A DNA stretch of 64,000 nucleotides from Parasphingorhabdus sp. (GTDB lineage: Bacteria; Pseudomonadota; Alphaproteobacteria; Sphingomonadales; Sphingomonadaceae): positions 11,921 to 75,920 of the forward strand of contig JBLWTQ010000014.1 in the NCBI GenBank assembly GCA_048270065.1, read 5' to 3'. The notes beneath the pieces were generated by a model that was given only the letters and a program-made list of their open reading frames with translations, made no database searches and was not told the origin of the DNA. Position numbers and translations under genes: made by a program. Position 1 is the first letter of the stretch, and every line of letters begins with the position of its first letter. Positions 30,118-39,710 of this stretch are shown piece after piece.

Positions 30118-31700
30118 TCCGGCGCCTTTGGAAGACGAATCTCAAAACAGGCGCCTGATTTTCCGCCCGCCCGGTCCAGAATATGGATAGTACCCTGGTG
30201 GCCTTCGACTATGGTCTTTGCAATCGCCAGTCCCAGTCCGCTATGTTTTCCAAAAGCTTCCCCATCGGGGCGGGCGGAGTGGAAGCGCTGGAAAACCTCT
30301 TCCCGCTGGTCGGGGTGAACACCTGGTCCTTCATCGGCGATATGGATGACAATTTCGTCTCCATCCGGTGTTGCCAAAATCTCCACCAGACCGCCCTCGG
30401 GTGAAAAGGATACGGCGTTGTCCAGCAAGTTGCTGAACACACGCTCCAGCCGACCCCCGTCTCCCATCACTTTTGCAACATCCTTCGCCGGTCGTGCAAA
30501 GGCAATATTGACTCCCAGATTAGAGGCCCGTTGTTCGCGGGCGGCTAGCGACTGCTCCAGCATATTGCCAATATCAATGGGCTCAAACTTGGCTCTGGCC
30601 AGTTCGGCATCGACCCGCGAAGCGTCGGAGATATCGTTGATCAGCCGATCGATGCGGCGGATATCGTCATTGGCAACGTCGAGAAGCTGTTTCTGCAAAT
30701 CCGGATCATCGACCCGTTCCAGTCCCTCGAGCGCAGACCGCAGCGAAGCGAGAGGGTTCTTGATTTCATGACTGACGTCGGCTGCGAATGCTTCTGTGGC
30801 ATTGATCCGATGGCGCAAGGCTGCGCTCATGTCGGAAAGGGCGCGGCTCAACTGTCCGATTTCGTCGCGTCGGCCCGGCATTCGGGGGATCGCGATTTCG
30901 TCCGACCGTCCCATGCGAACCCGGACAGCAGCGCGCGCCAGTTTTCTGATCGGTCGGACAATGGTTCGCGCCAGAAACAGCGAGAGCAGAATCGAGATGG
31001 TTGCAGCAACCAGTATCACGAGCAGCACACTGGATCGCTCCGCTCGCACAATGCGCGTGATATCTCGCGTGTTCGCGGTGAGAAGGATCGAGCCGGTACC
31101 GTCGGGCAGCGGTCTCCCCGCGACAATTACCGGCGTGCGATCCGGCGCAAAGCTGACAGAACTGACCGCATTACCGGTGTCCTGGGCTGCCATGAGCTCT
31201 GGCCATTCGCCCGCGACATCAGTGGATGGCTCGCTGTAATTCGGGATCTGCTTGCTGAAAACGACGCTTTCAATTGTTCGATCCAGCATGCGGGCAAAAT
31301 CTTTGCGTAATGGCTCTGCGTCCGGATCGACAAATTGGTAGGTCGGCTTCGCCAGCGTGAAACTGTCGACGACCTTCCGACCATCAGGAGCGTAGACCCG
31401 TAGCCGGGCGTCCAGATGGTTGGAGAATCGACGGACGAGTTCGTCTCTGTTTTGAGCCTCTTCCGAGGACAATGCGTCCGAGATGATCGTCAGTTGCATT
31501 CGCGCCTGCGCGAGCCGCTCTTCGGTGAGCCTGTCCCGGTAATTGTTGAGATAGAACAGGCCGCCAGCCAGCAGCGCAATCGCCAGGACATTGACGACCA
31601 AAATGCGGGTTGTAAGCGAAAGTCGGGCCGACCAACGGAGAGACAGGCCGCTTTCACTATCCTGTCCGCCATCATTCCGTATAGCGATATCCGGCTCCAT
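30114..31700 (-). CDS. chvG: Sensor histidine kinase ChvG/ExoS
   Basis: Two TM segments, HAMP (RRDEIG.L), [32 protein letters not shown]. Confidence 0.93.
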   Translation of the reverse strand: MEPDIAIRNDGGQDSESGLSLRWSARLSLTTRILVVNVLAIALLAGGLFYLNNYRDRLTEERLAQARMQLTIISDALSSEEAQNRDELVRRFSNHLDARLRVYAPDGRKVVDSFTLAKPTYQFVDPDAEPLRKDFARMLDRTIESVVFSKQIPNYSEPSTDVAGEWPELMAAQDTGNAVSSVSFAPDRTPVIVAGRPLPDGTGSILLTANTRDITRIVRAERSSVLLVILVAATISILLSLFLARTIVRPIRKLARAAVRVRMGRSDEIAIPRMPGRRDEIGQLSRALSDMSAALRHRINATEAFAADVSHEIKNPLASLRSALEGLERVDDPDLQKQLLDVANDDIRRIDRLINDISDASRVDAELARAKFEPIDIGNMLEQSLAAREQRASNLGVNIAFARPAKDVAKVMGDGGRLERVFSNLLDNAVSFSPEGGLVEILATPDGDEIVIHIADEGPGVHPDQREEVFQRFHSARPDGEAFGKHSGLGLAIAKTIVEGHQGTIHILDRAGGKSGACFEIRLPKAPE

Positions 31701-32376
31701 ATAGCGTATCTATTGCATCAAAGTCAGGATCGGCGGCGCGAAATTTCCGCCGCAATCGCTTGATATGGCTGTCGATCGTGCGGTCGTCGACATAGACGTC
31801 ATCCTGGTAGGCGGCGTCCATCAACTGGTTTCGGCTTTTGACGACGCCCGGCCGATGCGCCAAGGCTTCGAGAATCATGAATTCCGTGACCGTCAGGGTT
31901 ACTGTTATTCCCCTCCATGTCACCAGATGGCGTGCCGGATCCATTTCCAGATCGCCGCGGACAAGCGGTTCGGCGGAATCGTCGTCCTCGCCTTCATCCA
32001 GTGATTTGATAAGCTCTGTCCGGCGCAAAATGGATCGAACCCGTGCGATAAGCAGGCGCTGCGAAAACGGCTTTTTGATATAGTCGTCCGCCCCCATTGC
32101 GAGGCCGAGGGCTTCGTCCAGCTCCTCATCCTTCGAGGTCAGGAATATGACCGGCAGGTTCGATTTTTCCCGTACTCTTCTCAGCAGTTCCAGGCCATCC
32201 ATTTTCGGCATCTTTATATCGAAGATCGCAAGGTCCGGCGGATTCTCCAGTATCGCGTGAAGGGCCGCTTCGCTGTCCGAGTAAACGCGCGTGACAAAGC
32301 CTTCAGCCTGCATCGCGATCGAAACAGAGGTCAAGATATTGCGGTCGTCGTCGACAAGAGCAATATTGGCTGCCAT
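31672..32376 (-). CDS. chvI: Response regulator ChvI
   Basis: [38 protein letters not shown]; ATG at 32376. Confidence 0.95.
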   Translation of the reverse strand: MAANIALVDDDRNILTSVSIAMQAEGFVTRVYSDSEAALHAILENPPDLAIFDIKMPKMDGLELLRRVREKSNLPVIFLTSKDEELDEALGLAMGADDYIKKPFSQRLLIARVRSILRRTELIKSLDEGEDDDSAEPLVRGDLEMDPARHLVTWRGITVTLTVTEFMILEALAHRPGVVKSRNQLMDAAYQDDVYVDDRTIDSHIKRLRRKFRAADPDFDAIDTLYGAGYRYTE

Positions 32377-32614
32377 AAATTTGCGTTCCTTTGCCGGGCG
32401 CTCTGGATTCGACCTAGGGGATGGGATAGTATGTTTCAAGACAAGTCGTCGGTATCGGTTTCGACGCCGGGATTCCCGATCAAGCAAGGAAATTCGTAAT
32501 ATTCCGATAGTAGGCGGGAAGAAATTTGACCGACTCGAAAGTGTCCAGTAAGCGCCTTTTCAAATTGCCAGATCGGCGTGACCTCAACCTGTTTCAAGCT
32601 TTAGGGGATTACCT

Positions 32615-34210
32615 GTGCCAAATGTTTCGTCTGTTTCGTTAAATGACCAAGGTTTTGGCAGCTCCGCCGAGCAGCACTGGAATCTGGGTGCCCCCGCTTT
32701 GGTCGAGGCTGCCGTCAGTCGTGGCGAAGGACATTTGGCGAAAGATGGCCCTTTGGTCGTGGAGACCGGCAAGCATACCGGACGTTCCGCCAATGACAAG
32801 TTCATCGTCCGTGATGCCGAGACTGAAAACAGCGTATGGTGGGGGAAAACCAATGTCGGGATGACCCCGGATCATTTCGCCGCGCTGAAGAAAGATTTCC
32901 TTGCCGCTTTGGCCCAGAAAGAGACGTTGTTCGTCCAGGACCTTTTTGGTGGATCGCAACCGGAGCACCGGGTCAACGTCCGCGTGATCAACGAACTGGC
33001 CTGGCACAATCTGTTCATTCGAACGATGCTGGTCCGGCCCGATGCTGATGAACTTACCACGTTCGAACCCGAATATACCATCATCGATCTGCCCAGCTTC
33101 AAGGCCGATCCGGAACGGCACGGCACGCGCAGCGAAACCGTGATTGCGGTGAACCTCGCGGAAAAGCTGATATTGATCGGCGGCACGGCCTATGCCGGTG
33201 AAATGAAGAAATCCGTATTCGGCCTGCTCAACTACCTGTTGCCGCTCGACTCGGTCATGCCGATGCATTGCTCGGCCAATATCGGACCAGAAGGTGATAC
33301 AGCCATTTTCTTCGGCCTGTCGGGAACCGGCAAGACGACGCTGTCGGCTGACGCCAGCCGCGTGCTGATCGGTGATGACGAGCATGGCTGGTCGGATACC
33401 GCGGTGTTCAATTTTGAAGGCGGCTGTTACGCCAAGATGATCCGCCTGTCCGAAGACGCCGAACCGGAGATTTTCGCGACCACGCGCCGGTTCGGAACCG
33501 TTCTCGAAAATGTGGTGATGGATCCGGCTACACGGGAACTGGACCTCGATGACAACAGCAAGGCGGAAAATACCCGCGGTGCCTATCCGATCGATTTCAT
33601 TCCCAACGCTTCGGAAGAAAATATGGGTCCGGTGCCCAAGAATATCATCATGCTGACCGCGGACGCGTTCGGTGTGCTGCCTCCGATTTCCCGGCTGACA
33701 CCGGAACAGGCGATGTATCATTTCCTGTCCGGCTATACCGCCAAGGTCGCCGGCACGGAAATCGGCGTGACCGAACCGGAAGCAACCTTTTCAACCTGTT
33801 TCGGTGCGCCGTTCATGCCCCGGCATCCTTCGGTCTATGGCAATCTGCTGAAAGAGCGGATCGCCAAGGGCGGGGTCCACTGCTGGCTGGTGAACACGGG
33901 CTGGACCGGCGGCAAATATGGCGAAGGCAACCGGATGCCTATCAAGGCAACCCGGGCCCTGCTGAATGCGGCGCTGGACGGTAGCCTCAACGACGGCGAG
34001 TTCCGGATCGACGACAATTTCGGTTTTGAAGTGCCGGTATCGGTTCCCGGCGTCGACAGTGCGATCCTCGATCCCCGCTCGACCTGGTCCGATTCAAGCG
34101 CCTATGACGAAACCGCGCAAAAGCTCGTTAAATTGTTCATCAACAATTTCGAACAATTTGCCGACCATGTCGATCAGAACGTCCGGGAGGCAGCCCCTAC
34201 GGCCGCCTAG
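32615..34210 (+). CDS. pckA: Phosphoenolpyruvate carboxykinase (ATP)
   Basis: [42 protein letters not shown]. Confidence 0.97.
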   Translation: MPNVSSVSLNDQGFGSSAEQHWNLGAPALVEAAVSRGEGHLAKDGPLVVETGKHTGRSANDKFIVRDAETENSVWWGKTNVGMTPDHFAALKKDFLAALAQKETLFVQDLFGGSQPEHRVNVRVINELAWHNLFIRTMLVRPDADELTTFEPEYTIIDLPSFKADPERHGTRSETVIAVNLAEKLILIGGTAYAGEMKKSVFGLLNYLLPLDSVMPMHCSANIGPEGDTAIFFGLSGTGKTTLSADASRVLIGDDEHGWSDTAVFNFEGGCYAKMIRLSEDAEPEIFATTRRFGTVLENVVMDPATRELDLDDNSKAENTRGAYPIDFIPNASEENMGPVPKNIIMLTADAFGVLPPISRLTPEQAMYHFLSGYTAKVAGTEIGVTEPEATFSTCFGAPFMPRHPSVYGNLLKERIAKGGVHCWLVNTGWTGGKYGEGNRMPIKATRALLNAALDGSLNDGEFRIDDNFGFEVPVSVPGVDSAILDPRSTWSDSSAYDETAQKLVKLFINNFEQFADHVDQNVREAAPTAA

Positions 34211-34349
34211 GGTGTGGTCTCAACTGATCCAGCATTTGATGGTGAGGAGATGCAGCGATGATTCCAGCTTCTCACCGCAATGCACTTTCGGTATTTTCGA
34301 ATAAGAGCGAGTTTTATTGATAGAGGGCATCTGCTATCTCGGCAAAATT

Positions 34350-34853
34350 TCAACTTTGACCTGTGGTGGGTTTGAAATCTCGATGACATGATGCCACTGC
34401 ATCAATCATATCGGCATAGGCATCCACCACATCCCCCATTTTCTTCGTTTTTGCGACACCGTTCAACAGCACAGCAGCGTCGTGCACTTTTTCGTCACAG
34501 GTGATGAAGGCATCTTTACGTGGTCCGAGCGCTTCGAACAGGCTGGTTAGGTCTTCTTCTGCGATTGGATCATGATGAGCGATGGCATACGAAGAGGCCT
34601 CAATTTTTGCAAAATCGTTGAGTATTATCCCGTCGGCAATCTCACGTGTACTCGTATTTAAAGCTTGCATGACGTGGACGATAGATTTTGCGTTCTCATC
34701 AGATGCATCGCCATGACCATGTTCTTTGTTCGCCGTCTCATCCAATTGGGAGGCATTTTCATGTGTATTTTCACGCACATCCTCGCAGGATGTCATGAGC
34801 ATGCCCAAAAATACAAAAACGATCATCTGTGTGATTTTTTTTATCATATCCAT
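34350..34853 (-). CDS. Lipoprotein resembling class II cytochrome c (c'), with a single-Cys VASCH motif
   Basis: Lipobox MTSC; helical body; C-terminal AVASCHRDFK where CXXCH is expected; AT-rich codon usage. Confidence 0.55.
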   Translation of the reverse strand: MDMIKKITQMIVFVFLGMLMTSCEDVRENTHENASQLDETANKEHGHGDASDENAKSIVHVMQALNTSTREIADGIILNDFAKIEASSYAIAHHDPIAEEDLTSLFEALGPRKDAFITCDEKVHDAAVLLNGVAKTKKMGDVVDAYADMIDAVASCHRDFKPTTGQS

Positions 34854-35046
34854 GCATTCATACTAGTCGTCGCAAAATCGGAATACAAATTTTTATCGTC
34901 TCGCCTCTGACGTAAATGCCCCGGAGAGTCACGAGCTTAAGCCGATTCAGTTGCGCGGTACAATCCTCCCGAAAATGACTTTGCTTTCCCGCCATCTTCT
35001 GGCCTGGTCAATGAATCCCGAGCCTGGCTTCCGGCCGTATTGTTGC

Positions 35047-35841
35047 CTAACGGGTGTGGATGGGCTGATTGCTGATAGTGATATCAAGATATGCAAGATC
35101 ATCACTGGGTGAAAAGACCAGCGTTTCGCCTTCAACTAACCCCTTTGTCTGCGCTGGACTGTTGATCCTGCCGTGGGTTGTAACATCGTTGATGATGCGC
35201 ACCAGGCGTCTTGCTGCATCGCAAACGCTATAGTCGGAAGGCACGGTGAGGCGGATTTCCTGACCGGTAAAATAGTGCAGCCCGCTGGTTTCGAAACAGC
35301 CCGTATGGACTTCCGAAAAAGAGGTTTGCAACAATGTCGGAAATGGTCCGCCGGCCAGATATTCCCGCACTGTCTCGTCAAAATAGGCAAAGCTCACCAG
35401 TCTGCGAGACGGCATCCAAGCCGCCGCAGTGGCCGACAGACTTTCCCCGATCCATTGGCCCAACATAAGCATTCGATGATTGATCTCCGGCAGATGTCTG
35501 GCGCTGGCCAGAATATCCCTTGGCGCCACGCCGATCGCTGATTCTTCCGCAGAGGGAGGGCCAGAAAAAAGATACTCGAATCTGTCCGCCGCAAATCGCT
35601 GGCCGGTTTCTGCCGCTGTCAGGCGAGACAGAAGGAAAGACATGCCGTCCACAATGACCTCAAGCATCTCCAGTTCGTTGAACTTGGTATGATTGACGGA
35701 TATTCGCTCCCTTGCTGCATCGGACCACGGCGCATCCGCCAGATGGGAATCGTCCGCAACGGGAGCGATGATCAGCAGAGGAGGATCAGGATTCACGCGG
35801 CTGTTTCCGTTTCTCGATCGTCTTGTCTTGTTGTTCCTCAT
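35047..35841 (-). CDS. Hypothetical protein
   Basis: 264-aa ORF with protein-like composition that fills the gap between neighbours; start uncertain. Confidence 0.65.
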   Translation of the reverse strand: MRNNKTRRSRNGNSRVNPDPPLLIIAPVADDSHLADAPWSDAARERISVNHTKFNELEMLEVIVDGMSFLLSRLTAAETGQRFAADRFEYLFSGPPSAEESAIGVAPRDILASARHLPEINHRMLMLGQWIGESLSATAAAWMPSRRLVSFAYFDETVREYLAGGPFPTLLQTSFSEVHTGCFETSGLHYFTGQEIRLTVPSDYSVCDAARRLVRIINDVTTHGRINSPAQTKGLVEGETLVFSPSDDLAYLDITISNQPIHTR

Positions 35842-35989
35842 ATGTTCTATTCAAAAACAAAGACGATAGCAATGCAGTTCCTGAAGATCAGGCGGAATCG
35901 AACCGGAATTGGCAAGATAAGGCGGTTGATCCGGAAAATCACCAAAACAATTATTGTCAGTCTGCGGATGTATCCGTAACTATCCCGCC

Positions 35990-36193
35990 ATGTCTGACCT
36001 GATCTTATCGATACTGATGTTGGCCGGAACCGCGCTGCTCGCCGGAGGCGTCTTCGTGCTCCGCAAGGGAGTCAACAAAAGGCAGGGTTGGCTGATGCTC
36101 GTCGCTGCTGCTGTTATGTTTGCCAATGTCGGAATCGGGATGATTCCCGTTCCGGACAGCAATCAGCCTGTACCGCCGCCGTCGGCCGGCTAA
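35990..36193 (+). CDS. Small two-TM membrane protein
   Basis: 67 aa with two hydrophobic helices and a Pro-rich tail. Confidence 0.6.
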   Translation: MSDLILSILMLAGTALLAGGVFVLRKGVNKRQGWLMLVAAAVMFANVGIGMIPVPDSNQPVPPPSAG

Positions 36194-36195
36194 TT

Positions 36196-36852
36196 CTATT
36201 TGATCGGCGAATCCGGCGCGAGGCGCATGTCGAGATAATTGTCGATCGATCCCATCAGCAGTTCCATCTCGTTCTCGTAAAAATGGTTGGCACGGGGGAT
36301 CTCGTCGTGATGGATGGTGATGTGCTTTTGTGTCCGCAGCTTGTCCACCAGTTTCTGAACGGCGCTCGGGGTGACGACTTCGTCATTGACGCCCTGAATG
36401 ATGATGCCCGATGACGGGCAGGGTGCCAGGAAGTTGAAATCATACATATTGGCCGGCGGCGATACGGAAATGAAGCCGCGGATTTCCGGACGGCGCATCA
36501 GCAGCTGCATGCCGATCCAGGCACCAAAGCTGTAGCCGGCAATCCAGGTGGTCTGTGCTTCGGGATGGAAGCTTTGCACCCAGTCAAGCGCCGATGCAGC
36601 GTCCGACAATTCGCCAATACCATTGTCGAATGTACCCTGTGAACGACCGACGCCGCGAAAATTGAACCGCAATGTCGCGAAACCGCGCTTGACGAATGTC
36701 TTGTACATCGCCTGGGTGATCCGGTCGTTCATCGTGCCACCGGCTTGCGGGTGGGGATGCAGAATCATGGCAACCGGCGCGCGGTCACGGGGTCCTGGGC
36801 TGAATCGGCCTTCGAGGCGGCCTTCGGGTCCGGTAAAAATTACGTCTGGCAT
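36196..36852 (-). CDS. Alpha/beta hydrolase (conserved next to cysteine desulfurases in alphaproteobacteria)
   Basis: GPEGRLEGR, LHPHP..GGTMN, FNFRGVGRSQG, GYSFG, ANHF. Confidence 0.9.
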   Translation of the reverse strand: MPDVIFTGPEGRLEGRFSPGPRDRAPVAMILHPHPQAGGTMNDRITQAMYKTFVKRGFATLRFNFRGVGRSQGTFDNGIGELSDAASALDWVQSFHPEAQTTWIAGYSFGAWIGMQLLMRRPEIRGFISVSPPANMYDFNFLAPCPSSGIIIQGVNDEVVTPSAVQKLVDKLRTQKHITIHHDEIPRANHFYENEMELLMGSIDNYLDMRLAPDSPIK

Positions 36853-36910
36853 GGATTTTCTATTCTTCGATCAAAAATTACATTTTCCAGAGCGCGAGAA
36901 TATAGAATAG

Positions 36911-36938
36911 CTTTTGCGCTGGATGCAGCGCCTATATA
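36911..36938 (+). promoter_or_regulatory. Possible RpoH-type promoter for the desulfurase operon
   Basis: CCTATATA -10 element; the -35 (CTTTTG) is only a weak match. Confidence 0.3.
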
Positions 36939-36996
36939 GGAAGAGTGAACAAATCCGCAACTCAATCCAGCAAGCCAGAGAGTTTTTGCCCTTATT

Positions 36997-38070
36997 GTGA
37001 CCGAGAATAAACGCATCTATCTCGACTATGCCGCTACCACGCCGATGCTCGATGCGGCCAAAAAGGCCTGCGCGGAGGGTTTTGAACATTGGGCCAACCC
37101 ATCTTCGCCACATGGCGATGGTCGTGCGGCGCAAGCGATGCTGGAAAACGCACGGCAGCGGTTCAAGGCGGCTCTGGATTGGGACGGCGATGTTATTTTT
37201 ACCGGCGGAGCGAGCGAGGCGATCCAGATCGCGCTGACCAAGTCCAGGCCTGCCACGCAATATGTTTCGCCCGTCGAGCATGATGTGGTGCTGAGATTTG
37301 CGCAAAATGCCCAGTCGATTCCTGTCGACATGAGCGGAATGGTTGTTCCAATGAACCTCAACCATCTGCTGAAGGGTGCCGAGGGACCCGCTTTGGTGGC
37401 CATACAGTCTGTCAACAATGAAACCGGCGTGATCCAGGAGCTTGATGCGCTGGCGAAAGTGGTGCGCGACCGGGGCAGTTATCTTCTGGCCGATTGTTCC
37501 CAGTCGATCGGCAAAATGCCATTGCCGGATGCCGACCTGATCATCGTGGCCGGGCATAAATTTGGTGGACCTCCCGGAGTAGGCGCGCTTCTGGTAAAGG
37601 ATCTCAGGCTGCTCGAAGCCGACGGTGGTCAGGAACAAGGCTACCGGTCCGGTACCCAGAATCTGCCCTATATCATGGGCATGACCGCGGCGCTCGAAGC
37701 GCCGGCAAACTGGTCCGGACGGGCGACCGAGCTGCGGCAGCATCTCGATGACGCGATCAGGAAAGAGGGCGGCGCCGTGATTGCCGAGAAAGCTCCACGG
37801 ATCGCCACGATCGCCAGTTATCATATGCCCGGCGTGGCGGCGAATACGCAGTTGATCAAATTTGATATGGCCGGATTTTCTGTTTCGGCCGGAAGCGCCT
37901 GTTCTTCGGGGACGCTCAAGACCAGCCATGTCCTTGAAGCCATGGGAACGGACCCGCAAGTCGCACGCGAAGTCATCCGGGTCAGTATCGGTCGCGACAC
38001 AAGCCGCACGCATATTTACGCATTCCTCGACCGGTGGAAGGCGATATTCGCGGAATCGCGGGAAAGCTGA
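36997..38070 (+). CDS. Cysteine desulfurase (IscS/NifS-like), copy 1
   Basis: YLDYAATTP, NNETG, AGHKFGGP PLP lysine, SAGSACSSG. Confidence 0.92.
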   Translation: MTENKRIYLDYAATTPMLDAAKKACAEGFEHWANPSSPHGDGRAAQAMLENARQRFKAALDWDGDVIFTGGASEAIQIALTKSRPATQYVSPVEHDVVLRFAQNAQSIPVDMSGMVVPMNLNHLLKGAEGPALVAIQSVNNETGVIQELDALAKVVRDRGSYLLADCSQSIGKMPLPDADLIIVAGHKFGGPPGVGALLVKDLRLLEADGGQEQGYRSGTQNLPYIMGMTAALEAPANWSGRATELRQHLDDAIRKEGGAVIAEKAPRIATIASYHMPGVAANTQLIKFDMAGFSVSAGSACSSGTLKTSHVLEAMGTDPQVAREVIRVSIGRDTSRTHIYAFLDRWKAIFAESRES

Positions 38071-38079
38071 GCCGAACCC

Positions 38080-39189
38080 ATGGCCACCATCTATCTTGAC
38101 AATCAGGCGACTACGCCGCTTGCGCCCCAGGTGTTCGATGCAATGCTGCCGTGGCTCAAGGATAATTTCGGCAATCCGCACAGTCCGCACGTGATAGGCC
38201 GTCTGGCTGCAGCAGCGGTCGAAGTTGCCCGCGAACAGGTTGCCGCTTTGCTGCCCAAGGACGGGCGGGTGATTTTTACCGGTAGCGCGACCGAAGCGAT
38301 CAATCTGGCATTGGGCGCTGTACGCAATAGGCTAAGTCAGGGCCGCAACGAGATAGCCGTGTTGGACACCGAACATGCTGCCGTGCGCGACACCGCGCTC
38401 TGGTATGGCGCGCAGGGTTTCGCAACCAGCCTGCTTTCGGTCGATGCGGAGGGGCTGCTGATATTGGAAGATATGGAAGCATCTCTGGGCCCGAAAACAG
38501 CGCTTGTCGGTGCGATGCTGGTCAACAACGAGATTGGTGTTGTGCAGCCGGTCGAACAAATCGCGGAAATGGCGCATCGGGCAGGGGCATTGCTGCTCTG
38601 CGATGCCGTGCAGGGATTTGGCCGGATGGCTCTTCCGCAGCATGCCGATCTGATCGCGCTGTCCGGACACAAGATTTACGGCCCCAAGGGCATTGGCGCG
38701 CTTTGGGTGCGTGACGGTATAGACCTGCCGCCGCTGATCCATGGTGGCGGCCAGGAGCAGGGGGTGCGGTCTGGCACGCTTTCCCCCGCGCTATGTGTGG
38801 GGCTGGGAACGGCAGCGAAAATTTGCGCGGAGCAAAGCGCCGAAGATATGGCCCACATATGCGGTCTCGCCGAAAAAGCGCGCAACCTGTTCGGCGACTG
38901 GACAGTCAACGGGTCACTGGACCAGCGCTATCCCGGCAATTTGAATATCCGTCGTGATGGACTCGATGTCGCCCGTTTGATCTCCGATGTCCGCGGCGTG
39001 GCTTTTTCCGCGGGGTCGGCCTGCGCCAGCGGTTCGGGGCGGCCCAGCCATGTGCTGGCTGCACTGGGGCTGGCACCCGCACAGATTAAATCATCCATCC
39101 GTCTGGGATTTGGACGCTATAACAGCATCGAAGAGGTGGAACGGGCGGCGCGCCTGATCAATCAAGCGGCGGAGAAACAGCTATCATGA
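38080..39189 (+). CDS. iscS: Cysteine desulfurase (IscS-like), copy 2
   Basis: YLDNQATTP, NNEIG, SGHKIYGPKGIG, SAGSACASG. Confidence 0.9.
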   Translation: MATIYLDNQATTPLAPQVFDAMLPWLKDNFGNPHSPHVIGRLAAAAVEVAREQVAALLPKDGRVIFTGSATEAINLALGAVRNRLSQGRNEIAVLDTEHAAVRDTALWYGAQGFATSLLSVDAEGLLILEDMEASLGPKTALVGAMLVNNEIGVVQPVEQIAEMAHRAGALLLCDAVQGFGRMALPQHADLIALSGHKIYGPKGIGALWVRDGIDLPPLIHGGGQEQGVRSGTLSPALCVGLGTAAKICAEQSAEDMAHICGLAEKARNLFGDWTVNGSLDQRYPGNLNIRRDGLDVARLISDVRGVAFSAGSACASGSGRPSHVLAALGLAPAQIKSSIRLGFGRYNSIEEVERAARLINQAAEKQLS

Positions 39190-39527
39190 AGAAAGTTACG
39201 GTCCATTTTGTCAGCCCTGACGGTCAGCAGACGGTTTCCGTTGAGGCGTCGGAAGGTGACAATCTGCTCACCGTCGCGCAGATTCATGATCAACCGCTTG
39301 AGGGAACATGCGAAGGACAGATGGCCTGTTCAACCTGCCACGTGATCGTCGAGGCTGCGGATTTTGACAAATTGCCCGACGCGACCGAGATGGAAGAGGA
39401 TATGCTGGATCTGGCGGCCGGAGCGCGCCGGACCAGCCGATTGGCTTGCCAGATTACGCTCACCGCCGAACTGGATGGCCTGACCGTTCATATACCCGCT
39501 GAAAGCCATGATATGCAGATCATCTAG
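39186..39527 (+). CDS. fdx: 2Fe-2S ferredoxin (adrenodoxin/Fdx type)
   Basis: CEGQMACSTCH...SRLACQ. Confidence 0.93.
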   Translation: MKKVTVHFVSPDGQQTVSVEASEGDNLLTVAQIHDQPLEGTCEGQMACSTCHVIVEAADFDKLPDATEMEEDMLDLAAGARRTSRLACQITLTAELDGLTVHIPAESHDMQII

Positions 39528-39531
39528 TCGC

Positions 39532-39560
39532 TTGCATTTTGCCCGGACTCCCACCATATG
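39532..39560 (+). promoter_or_regulatory. Putative promoter of the SRP RNA
   Basis: TTGCAT-N17-CATATG, 6 nt upstream of the predicted 5' end. Confidence 0.55.
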
Positions 39561-39566
39561 CGCAGC

Positions 39567-39654
39567 GGGAGTCGGGTGGACGTAGTCGTCGCCAACCCGG
39601 TCAGGTCCGGAAGGAAGCAGCCGTAACGATTTTTCTGCGGGTCGCCCGGCTCCT
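39567..39654 (+). ncRNA. ffs: Signal recognition particle RNA (4.5S)
   Basis: Conserved domain IV CCAACCCGGTCAGGTCCGGAAGGAAGCAGCCG; closing stem gggagtcggg / cccggctcct. Confidence 0.95.
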
Positions 39655-39710
39655 ACTTTGAAACACCGCCCTATCTTCGCAGCGGTCCAAATCCCCCATT
39701 CCGATAAAAA

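Noticed and set aside
28046-34210. chvIG-hprK-rapZ-EIIA-HPr cluster divergent from pckA as a novel system
   Set aside because: Well-known conserved alphaproteobacterial arrangement.
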